Made by a program: the position numbers and the translations under genes. Under the pieces are notes generated by a model. It saw only the letters and a program-made list of their open reading frames with translations. It did no database searches and was not told the origin of the DNA. DNA of 46,012 bases from Chiloscyllium plagiosum (Eukaryota), in NCBI RefSeq assembly GCF_004010195.1, contig NC_057757.1, positions 3,986,538-4,032,549 on the forward strand, written 5' to 3'. Shown here one piece after another: positions 35,843-46,012 of this stretch; position 1 is the first letter of the stretch; every line of letters begins with the position of its first letter.

Positions 35843-37062
35843 TGGTCTCAAAGAAATTTGCAAGATTTTGAAGAGGTTTGAAAGAGTAAACACTGAGACG
35901 AACAGTAAGAGAAGTTGGGGGGGAGTTGCGGTAGTGGTTGAGAGACTGGATGCTGGAGAGGGAATGGAAGTGAGAGAGATGTTGAGTAGGAGTGGGGTTG
36001 TGGGAGAGAATAGGAAAGATATTAGGAGGGAGAGAGAGATGGTGACAAACGGAAATAGAAATGGGGAGGATGAGAGAGATAAAGGAGTGAAGGGAGGGTG
36101 GAGGCGGGAGAGATTGAATGAGGAGGAAAGAGAGAGGGAGAGGCAAATTTTCCAGGTTTGGAAACTCTCCCTAAGTGTTGCATGGCCTATCCAGTTTAGA
36201 GTTGTGAATTCCTGGGTTAATGATACTGTCTCTTCCTCTCCCTGCAGACTTAATACGGTCTGACTGAGGATTTTGTTGGCTTGTTTTTCGTTCAGAAAAA
36301 CAAAACTCTGGGCAGGGACTCCAAGCAGGAATGAGTGGTCTTTAATCCCACACAGAAAGCCCCTGCCTTAACCGGGGCAGGGGGAACAGATTCAATGGTG
36401 AAGGGGAATGGAAAAATAACAAAAGGAAATGAAACACATTTTAAAGAATTGAAGAGTGATGGAGAGTAAGGATGAATCAAACCACCATTTTAAAGGGGTC
36501 AGCACTAAGGGGGTGGGGGGGGCAAGTGACGATTGCAGATGCTGGAGATGAAAGTCAAAAAGTGTAGCTCTGGAAAAGCACCATCCGAGGAGCAGGAGAA
36601 TCGACGTTTCAAGCGTAAGGTCTTCATCAAGAATGAAGAGCTGATGATGAGCTTATACTCAAAATGTCAACTCTCCTGCACCGAACTTTTTGACACAGGT
36701 ACTAAGGGGTTGAATAGCCCTCCCAAGGATGCTCAAAAACTGCATGAATTCATGTAAAACTCTGTTATCTCACTTTTTAGATTAGAATCAATCTAAACAT
36801 TATGGCATAGACAGAGAACACAGGGGGCTAACACCTTCAACATATTGTCTAGCTATCACCAATTGTTACAGCTAATCTGAGAATGCAACTTTTAAAAAAA
36901 AGATTTTGTGATTTACACATGAAAGAAGTGAAACTATCGTGGTATTCGAACAGCTGAAAGACTCAACAAACAATTAAGGTATTTTTCAATGTATAATTTC
37001 AGTTACATCACACTGTGGACTTTTGCTATAAATTCTGTGTCTTACAACTGTGTCCTCCACAA

Positions 37063-37099
37063 CCACCTGATGAAGGAGCGACGCTCCGAAAGCTAGTGG
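37063..37099 (+). ncRNA. Minimal type I hammerhead ribozyme, family B
   Basis: CCAC-CUGAUGA-A-GGAGC(GAC)GCUCC-GAAA-GC-UA-GUGG: stem I CCAC/GUGG, stem II 5 bp, palindromic AGCU; predicted cut after 37095. Confidence 0.75.
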
Positions 37100-37259
37100 G
37101 CTTCCAATTAAACCTGTTGGACTATAACCTGGTGTCGTGTGATTTTTAACTTTTATTAGTTGTAATTGTAACATCCTCCACCACTTCCTCTAGCAGCTCA
37201 AAATCAAATAAGGAATAAGTCAAGGGATCCTTTCCACCGGACAGGGGAATGTAAAATGA

Positions 37260-37500
37260 TTTTAAAAAGACAGGGTGCGCAATTTTATTTTACACAGAGA
37301 GTGTGAGGAATGAACTTCCAGAGGAAGTGGTGGATACGGGTACTGTTATAACAATTAACAGACATTTGGAGAAATACTTGAATACGAAAGGTTTGGAGGG
37401 ATATGGGCCAGGGGAAGGTAGGTGGGGCTAGATTAGTTTGGGATTATGGGTTAGCGTGGTTGGTCCGAAGGTTGTTTCTGTGTTGTGTCACTCTATGATT
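37260..37500 (+). mobile_element. CR1 3' end fragment
   Basis: FTQRV..NELPEEVVD motif and ctctatga tail. Confidence 0.75.
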
Positions 37501-37928
37501 AATTAATTAGTCTGACCTTGATTCCTTGTAATCTATGAACAGCATACCCTTGGCTGCAAGGCCAGATGTCTGGTGAGGCTTTTAAGGAAGTTTGCATGTG
37601 ACATTGCAACACTGATCCATGAATAGCTCATCCTCTCGGGCTGCTGCGGACAGCAAGTGCAAAGAAACTTCAATCAAGCGCAGCAGATACAGGTCAAACT
37701 CTCACCCTGATTCTGATACGGGACTCTCACTGTTTCTCTGCTTGCTATTGGTAAGAGGGAGGCTTGGCTAATCTTGAGCTGGCAGCACTTCTTAGAGAGA
37801 TTCCCAGGGAGGTGTGAATCTGAAAGAATCCCTGTCAACATGAAAGGGTGACATCTCTGACCAGTTACCCCCTGGAAGCGGGACGGAAAGGAGAGGAGGC
37901 AGCTAGAGATGAATTTGGGGGAAAGAAG

Positions 37929-38164
37929 CTGTCTGTGTGGAGTTTGCACATTCTCCCCGTGTCTGCGTGGGTTTCCTCCGGGTGCTCTGGTTTCCTCCCA
38001 CAGTCCAAAGATGTGCAGCTCAGGTGAATTGGCCATGCTAAATTGCCCGTAGTGTTAGGTAAGGGGTAAATGTAGGGGTATGGGTGGGTAACTCTTCGGC
38101 GGGTCGGTGTGGACTTGTTGGGCCGAAGGGCCTGTTTCCACACTGTAATGTAATCTAATCTAAT
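37929..38164 (+). mobile_element. HE1-type V-SINE, 5'-truncated
   Basis: Homologous to 27157-27470. Confidence 0.85.
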
Positions 38165-38443
38165 GGGAGGGGGCAGAAGAGGACGTCAGAGAAATAACGG
38201 GAGGCGGAGAAAAGATGGATAGAGTGACAGTAAGGAGAGGGTGGAAGAGAATGCAGGGCAACAGGAGAGAGACAGGGAAGATAATAACAAGGGAATGGGG
38301 GAAAGACAGAGACCGAGGGAGAAGAAAGAGAGGGCAAACAGGGAAAACAGAGAGAATTAGAGAGAAAGAGAGAGAGAGCTAACAGGGAAAACAGAGATGA
38401 AGCGAGATAGCCGAGAGACAGAGCAAGAGTCAAAGGGAAAACA

Positions 38444-38624
38444 NNNNNNNNNNNNNNNNNNNNNNNNNNNNNNNNNNNNNNNNNNNNNNNNNNNNNNNNN
38501 NNNNNNNNNNNNNNNNNNNNNNNNNNNNNNNNNNNNNNNNNNNNNNNNNNNNNNNNNNNNNNNNNNNNNNNNNNNNNNNNNNNNNNNNNNNNNNNNNNNN
38601 NNNNNNNNNNNNNNNNNNNNNNNN
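38444..38624. other. Assembly gap within a purine-rich low-complexity tract
   Basis: N run. Confidence 1.
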
Positions 38625-39583
38625 AAAGATGGGAGTAAGAGATACAAAAGAAAGAGAGGAGAGAGCAAGGAAAAGATAGAAAGAAAACAGGTGGAGAGAA
38701 TATGGGAGCAAAGAGATAAACTCAGAGAACAAAGAGGGGGAAAGGGTAGAGAAAAAGGAACAGAGAGAGAGAAAGAGGAAACAGAGAATAAGTTGGACAG
38801 AAGTAAAAGCACAAGAATGAGACACAGCACAATTTGGTTTCTTTACGGGCTGATCCAACGTTGCTAGGTAGAAAAGGGTCGGAGGTTTTCTTTCGATGGG
38901 TCGAAGTTGTTTTGTATAGAGGGCCAGGAAGCCACCTCCAGAAAAATTGGTTTTAACCTGACCAATTGTCTAGGCTCAAACCAAAAGAGAAAATGCTGGG
39001 AAATCTGGCAGCATCTGTAAGGAGAACAAAGAGCTGACGTTTCAAGTTTTACTGAAGCTTTGTCAAAGCTGATTTTCTCTTTTGGTTTCAGATTCCAGCA
39101 TCTGCAGTAATTTGCTTTTATCCAAGTGTCTAGGCTGGTCTTTTGAGCAGGTTGTTAATGTTTATTGAGTTGACTGCACATCGTTAGCTTGAGTGGTGAT
39201 GTTCCCCCAGAAGGGGAAAGGTTTGTGTCTCCTCCTGACAGGTAAAATCTATAACAGAGTCTCTGAGAAAGGATGAGCGTGTAGCGCTTTATACGTAAGA
39301 GACTCAAGGAATCTTAAGTGAGACTTAGATTAGAATTTGACCTTAGGACAAATCAACAATTGGGTGTTTTTATACAAACACAGACTATTGGAGCAACTGT
39401 CTGAACGCATGCTCTTTACTTTATGCCCCCAGTATATTTTTGCTTCTGTGCATAAACTACGTGATAATGTTGTTTTAAAGGGCAAAGTTCAGATTTCTCC
39501 AAACTTCTCCATCATGCACCAACAACTCGGATTTTGAAAGCCCCTGAAATTGAATGTGATGCCCCAAGGCAATTCATAGGAGT

Positions 39584-39790
39584 AAGTGACAGTGAGAACT
39601 GCAGACACTGGAGATTAGAGTCGAGAGTGCGGTGCTGGAAAAACACAGCAGATCAGGCAGCATCCGAGGAACAGGAGAATCGACCTCATCAGGCCTCATT
39701 CCTGATGAAGGATTTTTGCCTGAAACGTCGATTCTCCTGCTCCTCGGATGCTGCCTGACCTGCTTGCTTTTCCAGCACCACACTCGCGCC
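39584..39790. mobile_element. Family A-related palindromic element; related degraded copies at about 7975-8145, 13310-13405 and 36525-36695
   Basis: Same gctggaaaagcacagcaggtcaggcagcatcc arm and ctgatgaagg..gaaacgtcga core; ttcataRgagt flanking duplication. Confidence 0.75.
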
Positions 39791-40656
39791 TTCATAAGAG
39801 TGCTGCAGAATGAGCTACAATCGACAGAGGGATTTAAAAAACAAAGATGAGAGTTTGGAATGGAAGCATGGTTTAACCAGGGGCTGGGAGTGGTCACCGG
39901 GTACTGGGGAGGTTGACGAAAAGAGGGGAAAAGAGGATCTGGCGTGAGTGTGGACATGGGTGGTGTAATTTCTATTGTCCTTGCCTGCGAAAGTTAGTCT
40001 TGAATTGAACACCTCAATAACCAGTTCAGAGTCCATCACATCGCTGTAGTGCCTGGAGTCACATCAAGCCAGGTCAGGAAAGGACTGCAGATTTCCTTCC
40101 CGCAAGGACATTAGTGAACCAGTTGGGATTTTGCAACAGGCAAAGGTCACCACAACAGACATGAACTCCCAATTCCATGATTTTGCAGCCACCTAGCCAC
40201 GCTAAGGTTTCAAACTCACACCCCTGGAATATGAACCAGCGACATTACCAATTCACCGATGGAATTGATACTGCAAGTCATCGTGTTTGCTGCAGTAGAT
40301 GGTGACCAGAGGTCCCATTCACATCTCAAAGGACTAAGAGGTCTGAGGGTGATTGTCATCCAGGGCGATCAGATCAGGCAAGTCCCCATTGATGGGCAGA
40401 GTGGACTTGATGGTCTGCTCCTATGTCTCAGAGTCAGATTTCACCTTCCAACCCTGAAGAACAGCCACACCACACTCGAAATGTTAACTCTGTTTCTCTC
40501 CCCCTCCGCCCTGCTGAGTTCCTCCAACATTCTGTGCAGTTGATCCCCTGTCCCATTTTGAGTCTGAGATCCACAGCACTGACGAGACAAAATCTGGAAT
40601 CTGTTCATCCCAGCATCACACCACACACTGCCGATTGATACTCATGGCCTTCCACA

Positions 40657-41985
40657 GAGAGTCATACAGTGCGGAAACAGACCCTTCGGTCCAAATCACC
40701 CATGGCCAATCAGATATCCTAAATTAATCTAGTCCCATTTGCCAACATTTAGCTCATCTCCCTCTAAACCCTTCCTATTCATATACCCATCCAGATGCCT
40801 TTTAAATGTTGCAACTGTACCAGCCTCCACCACTTCCTTTGACAGTTCATTCCACAGATGAACCACTCTGCTGTGAAAACATTACCACTCAGGTCCCTTT
40901 TAAATCCTTTCCCTGTCACCTTAAAATTATGCTCTCAGGTTTTGGGCTCCCCTATCCTGGGGAAAAGACCTTGGCTATTCAGCCTATCCGTGACCCTCAT
41001 GATTTTATAGACCTCTATAAGGTCACGCCTCAGCCTCCGACTCTCCAAGGAAAATAGCCCTAGCTTATCCAGCCTCTCCTTATAGCTCAAATCTTCCAGT
41101 CCCGACAACATCTTTATAAATCTTTTCTCCACCCTTTCCAGTGTAACAATATCCTTCCTGTAGCAAGGCAACCAGAACTGTACACAATAGAGTCATAGAG
41201 TTGTATACAGCACGGAAACAGACCCTTTGGCCTAACTCGTTGATGCCGACCAGATATCCTAAATTAATCTAGTCCCATTTGCCAGCATTTGGCCCATATC
41301 CATCTAAACTCTTCCTATTCATATACCCATCCAGATGCCTTTTAAATATTGTAATTGTACCAGCCTCCACCACTTCCTCTGGCAGCTCATTCCATGCAAG
41401 CACCACCCTCTGCGTGAAAACATTGCCCCTTATGTCCCTTTTAAATCTTTCCCCTCTCACCTCAAACCTATGCCCACTAGTATTGGACTCCCTAACCATG
41501 ACTATTCCCCTATCCATGCCCTTCATGATTTTATAAACCTCTATAAGGTCACTCCTCAGCCTCCGATGCTCAGGGAAAATAGCCCCAGCGTATTCAGCCT
41601 CTCCCTGTAGCTCAAACTCTTCAACCCTGGCAACATCCTTGTAAATCTTTTTCTGCACCCTCTCAAGTTTAATAATATTTTTCCTATGGCAGGGAGACCA
41701 GAATTGAATGCAGTATTCTAAAAGTGGCCTAACCAATGTCCTGTACAGCCACAACATGACCTCCCAACTCCTGCACTGACCAGTAAAGGCAAGCCTACCA
41801 AAAGCCTTCTTCACTACCCTGGCTACCTGGGACTCAACTACCAAAGAACTATGAAACTGCACTCCAAGGTCTCTTGGTTCAGCAACAATCCCCAGGCCCT
41901 TACCATTAAGCATATAAGCCCTATCCTGATTTGCCTTTCCAAAATGCAACACCTCGCACTTACCTAAATGAAACTCCACCCGACA
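40657..41985 (-). mobile_element. Two adjacent CR1 3' portions (40657-41187 and 41188-41985)
   Basis: ORF 41269-42033 is a CR1 RT C-terminus; two separate 3' tails. Confidence 0.92.
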
Positions 41986-42419
41986 TTCCTCATGGCACTT
42001 GTCTTTTGTGAGATTTGATTGTAACCTGCACACGCAGCATGAAGACCCATATGGTGCAGTGGTAATGTCCTTGGAAACCTGGGATCTGGTCCCACTGGTC
42101 CCTGAGCTGTGACATGTAAGGGAACGGAGGTAAATGGGGAAGAGGCAGGGTGATCAGATCAGACTCAAATCATTGAACAGCAGGGCAGACTCAATGGGCT
42201 GAATGGCCCACATTAGTTCCAGATTGTTCACCACGTGAGTTAGCAGCCACGGAGAAGGAGGAGGAGACAACAGCACCAAAACAAAGATAGTGGCGCACAT
42301 AAAACTGAACAAATCTGTGTTGTGAGGTGCCAGAGCATCTTCTAGGCCTTAGCTTTCCGTCCTGTCGTGTCTCCCCTCTCTGTCAGTGGCTCATTCACAC
42401 TGAACTGTTCCTTTGGCAG

Positions 42420-42559
42420 AGTATTAGGGAAAGAGATTCCTCTTTTCAGAAACAGGACGTCAAATATTCATTCCTGTTTGCAGCAGTGTCCTCCGTTTTC
42501 CTGCTAGGCCTCATTGTTGCTTTCTTTGAGCTACATTCTGGTATCAAAACAGACCAAAG
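42420..42559 (+). CDS. Candidate exon encoding a transmembrane segment (SIRERDSSFQKQDVKYSFLFAAVSSVFLLGLIVAFFELHSGIKTDQ), unidentified
   Basis: cctttggcag acceptor, consensus AAG|gtaagt donor, open frame with a hydrophobic stretch of about 20 aa, lies in non-repeat DNA. Confidence 0.4.
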
Positions 42560-42809
42560 GTAAGTCAAGTCTCACTTGACTGGCCCAGAGCCAAATATTT
42601 TGCACATTGTTTTATCTCAGGGATCGGGGAACTCTGCCCACGAACTGAGGGCATGAATCTCACACTTCATTCAGGCTAAAGAGTAAGGCTACATCTAACT
42701 GTTAAACCAAGAGCAAAGCTTCCTCCACACTGTCCCCCATCAAACACTCCCCAAGACAGGGATAGTGTAGGGTTAGATAAAAATTAAAGTGCCCTCTACA
42801 CTGTCCTCA

Positions 42810-43430
42810 TGGTCAGAGGGTCAGTGCTGAGGGAGCATCACACTGTCAAAGAGTCTGTCCTGAGGAAGTGCAGTACGGTTGGAGTCAGTACTAAGGGAGC
42901 ACTACACTGTCAGAGGGTCAGTGCTGAGGGAGTGCTGCACTGTTGGAGTCAGTACTAAGGGAGCGCTACACTGTCAGAGGGTCATGCTGAGGGAGTGCTG
43001 CACTGTTGGAGTCAGTACTAAGGGAGCACAACACTGTCAGAGGGTCAGTGCTGCACTGTTGGAGTCAGTACTACGGGAGCGTTACACTGTCAGAGGGTCA
43101 GTGCTAAGGGAGCACTGTCCTGTAGAAAGGTCAGTGCTGAAGGAGTGCTGCAATGTTAGAGGGTCAGTGCTGAGGGAGTGCCACACAGTTGGAGCATCAG
43201 TGCTGAGGTATTGCTGTACTGTCAGTGGGTCAGTGCTGAGGGAGTGCTGCACTGTCAGATTCAGTGCTGAAGGATCACTGCACTGTCAGTGGGTCAATGC
43301 TGAGGGAGTGGGCAGCGTCAGAGAGTCAGTGCTGAGCAAGTGGGCACTGTTGGAGGGTCATTGCTGAGGAAGTGAGCAGGGTCACAGGGGCTATCTTTCA
43401 GAGGGGACATTAAACTGGGGCATCTGTCTC
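42810..43430 (+). repeat. Minisatellite of about 31-33 bp units derived from a Deu-SINE segment
   Basis: Tandem cagtgctgagggagtgctgcactgtcagagggt, running into Deu-like ctatctttcaga..acattaaactgggg. Confidence 0.85.
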
Positions 43431-44303
43431 ACCTTTTGAATGACAGTACAATATCCTGCGGCAGATTTTGGATGTGTACAATTGTCCTGGGATTGCACCA
43501 ATCTGTTCCCTCATGTACAATGTAAGCAGTCAATCTGGACATAATATTCAGCTGCTTCATCAATGACCTTGCCTCCATCATAAGGTCAAAAGTGAGGATT
43601 TTTGCTGATGATTGCACAACGTTCAGCACCATTCGCAATTCCTCAGATACTGAAGCAGTCCAATGCAGTTGACTTGACTAGTCCACCATCAGCACCCAAC
43701 TTGAAGTATTCACTCTCTCCTCAGACAGCACCTTCCAAACCCATGACCACTTCCGTCTGGAAGGACAAGTGCAGCATATACATGGGAACACCACCCCCTG
43801 CAAGTTACCCTCTGAGCCCCTCACCATCCTGACTCAGAAATATATCAGCCGTTCTTTCAGTGTCGCTGGGTCAGAATCCTGGAACTAACGGCGCTGTGCG
43901 GATGTCCCTACAGCATACGGGATTACAGCGGGTCAAGAAGGCAGCTACCCCTAGTTTCTCCAGGGGCGATGAGGAATGAAGGAACAATTTCGTGTTTGCG
44001 GGGTCTTTCCATAGGCATCCCACTTTCCTGAAATAGCCACAGTGACTACACTTCGATAGAGTACTATTCCTGGGGGAGAAACAGGGGACTGAGTCGGATG
44101 ATCGTATTGAATGGCGGAGCAGGCCAGAGGGGCCGAAGGCCCTACTCCTGTTGCTATTTTCCACGTTTCTATTGTGCTCCATGTCTTTAACACTAAAGCC
44201 TCATTGTCATAAGCTTCGCCTGCAGGAGGTCTTCAAGTCAAGACTCTAGGCCCAGCTGCTTAGAATCTGGGGGCAGTTCTTCACCTGATCATCAGATGGG
44301 TAC

Positions 44304-44527
44304 TGAAAATGTGTTGCTGGAAAAGCGCAGCAGGTCAGGCAGCATCCAGGGAACAGGAGAATCGACGTTTCGGGCATAAGACCTTCTTCAGGAATAAGCC
44401 ATTCCTGAAGAAGGGCTTATGCCAGAAACGTCGATTCTCCTGTTCCCTGGATGCTGCCTGACCTGCTGCGCTTTTCCAGCAACATATTTTCAGCTCTGAT
44501 CTCCAGTATCTGCAGACCTCACTTTCC
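44304..44527. mobile_element. Penelope-derived palindromic mini-element, family A
   Basis: Inverted arms each with a hammerhead core; TSD catcagatgRgtac at 44290-44303 and 44528-44541. Confidence 0.8.
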
Positions 44528-44819
44528 CATCAGATGAGTACGTACTGTTTTTGGAAACACCCCCCCAACCAACTCAATTTCCCTCTCCCCACCCCTCCAG
44601 AGGCTCAGACTGAGCCCCAGAGGACAGGAGTTGGGGGTTCTGATGCATGTAGAGGGCCTGATGAAGATAAACTTGTTCTTCGCGAAACCAAGATTGAGAT
44701 TGGGGCAGGGGGAGGTTCTTGAGAGAGTCGATGAACATTGGTGGGGGGGGGGGTGTAGGGGGGTAACAGTAGGCCATTCAGCCTGTCAACAAGATCCTGG
44801 CCGATCCTGGTGGCGTTCC

Positions 44820-45150
44820 TTAGGGATTGGTGCTGTGCCTGTTGTTGTTTGTCGTCTATATAAATGATTTGGATGAGTACAGAGAAGGCTTGGTTACTAA
44901 GTTTTGTGGATGGTGCCAAATCTGGTGGACAGTGCAGAAGGTTATCTAAGATTACAAAGAGATCTTGGTCAACTGGGGAGTGGCAGATGGAGTTTAATTT
45001 GGATAAGTGTCAGGTATTGCATTTTGGTAAAACAGACGAGGGCAGGACTTATACATTAAAAGTAGGGTCTTGGGTAGTGTTGTAGAATAAACAGAGATCT
45101 AGGGGTTCAGGTAGACAATCCTTTGAGGTCTGCGCCACAGGTAGACATCA
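44820..45150 (+). mobile_element. CR1 fragment
   Basis: WQMEFNLDKCQVLHFGK motif. Confidence 0.8.
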
Positions 45151-45211
45151 TCAGAGTGTACACTGAAATCAGTCTCTCTGAGCTAGGCAGGGAACTAAGT
45201 CAACAGAACTT

Positions 45212-45549
45212 AGAATCATAGAATCACTATAGTGGGGAAACAGGCCCTTTGGCCCAACAAGTCCACACCGTCCCTCCAAAAGAGTAACCCACCCAGACCC
45301 ATTCCCCTACCTATTATTCTATATTTACTCCGACTAACCTAAAGATCCCTGAATACTACAGGCAATTGCCCATGGCCAGTCCACCCTAACCTGCATGTCT
45401 TTGGACTGTGAGAGGAAACAGGAGCTCCCGGAGCAAACCCATGCAGACACAGAGAGAATGTGCAAAATCCACACAATCGAACAAGGCTGGAAACAAACCC
45501 AGGTCCCTAGCGCTGTGAGGTAGCAGTGCTAACCATTGAGCCACCGTGT
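45212..45549 (-). mobile_element. HE1-type V-SINE
   Basis: Homologous to 27157-27470. Confidence 0.85.
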
Positions 45550-45764
45550 CTTACTGAGTCTCAGAGGGTGAACTCCCAGAGTCTCAAGGTGGATCTGCAG
45601 TGAACTGAGCTGCCCCAGTGGGAAGACACATTACCCAGCAAGGATCCACAGGCAGGATCAAGATCTATGACTCTATGACTCTATTTCCCTGGGACCGGTC
45701 ACCTCCCTTACAGTTGCTCCCAGTCGCTCCACAGCAGAGGATGGGCCTTTACTTTCTCTTGCAG

Positions 45765-45910
45765 CATTGTTGTCATGGTTATGATGCAGACAGCAGGATC
45801 CTACAGGGAATCAGGCAGCACAGTCACGGCCTATCATCTTTTAGCGGGACGTTACCTGTGGGGTACATGTGGGCTCCAGGATAGTAGGGAGAACTGGCCA
45901 CCCTGCCTTG
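45765..45910 (+). CDS. Candidate next exon (SIVVMVMMQTAGSYRESGSTVTAYHLLAGRYLWGTCGLQDSRENWPPCL)
   Basis: Strong acceptor tttctcttgcag, open in the phase-2 frame required by 42420-42559, donor TTG|gtaaac. Confidence 0.25.
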
Positions 45911-46012
45911 GTAAACCACACACATCCCCACACCACACCCTCACACCACACCCCACCACATACCCCTACACCACACCACACCACAGCCACCCACACCACA
46001 CCACACCCCCAC

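Noticed and set aside
41269-42033. Longest ORF (254 aa) as a host gene
   Set aside because: CR1 reverse-transcriptase C-terminus with internal frameshifted segments
42879-43367. Cys-rich repetitive 162-aa ORF
   Set aside because: Translation of a minisatellite

Overview
This is eukaryotic, repeat-rich genomic DNA, almost certainly from a cartilaginous fish (shark-type HE1/V-SINEs, Deu-domain SINEs, CR1 LINEs and Penelope-like elements). It has three assembly gaps, and most ORFs in the supplied track are repeat-derived. Manual splice-site reading gives two genes on the minus strand. (1) A complete 4-exon LECT2-family gene (28836..22049, 150 aa). It keeps the HxxxD/HxH zinc motif but has lost one cysteine pair. 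(2) A single-V-domain Ig-superfamily receptor gene with leader, germline-joined VJ-type exon and stalk exon (14749..2334). Its F-G loop resembles CD28/CTLA-4, and a stop-containing duplicate of its leader exon lies upstream. Two plus-strand exon candidates near the right end may encode an unidentified membrane protein. The most striking non-coding signal is a dense set of palindromic, TSD-flanked Penelope-derived insertions from at least four families, each carrying a minimal type I hammerhead ribozyme core. All calls come from reading the sequence by eye; no database searches were run, and repeat boundaries are approximate.
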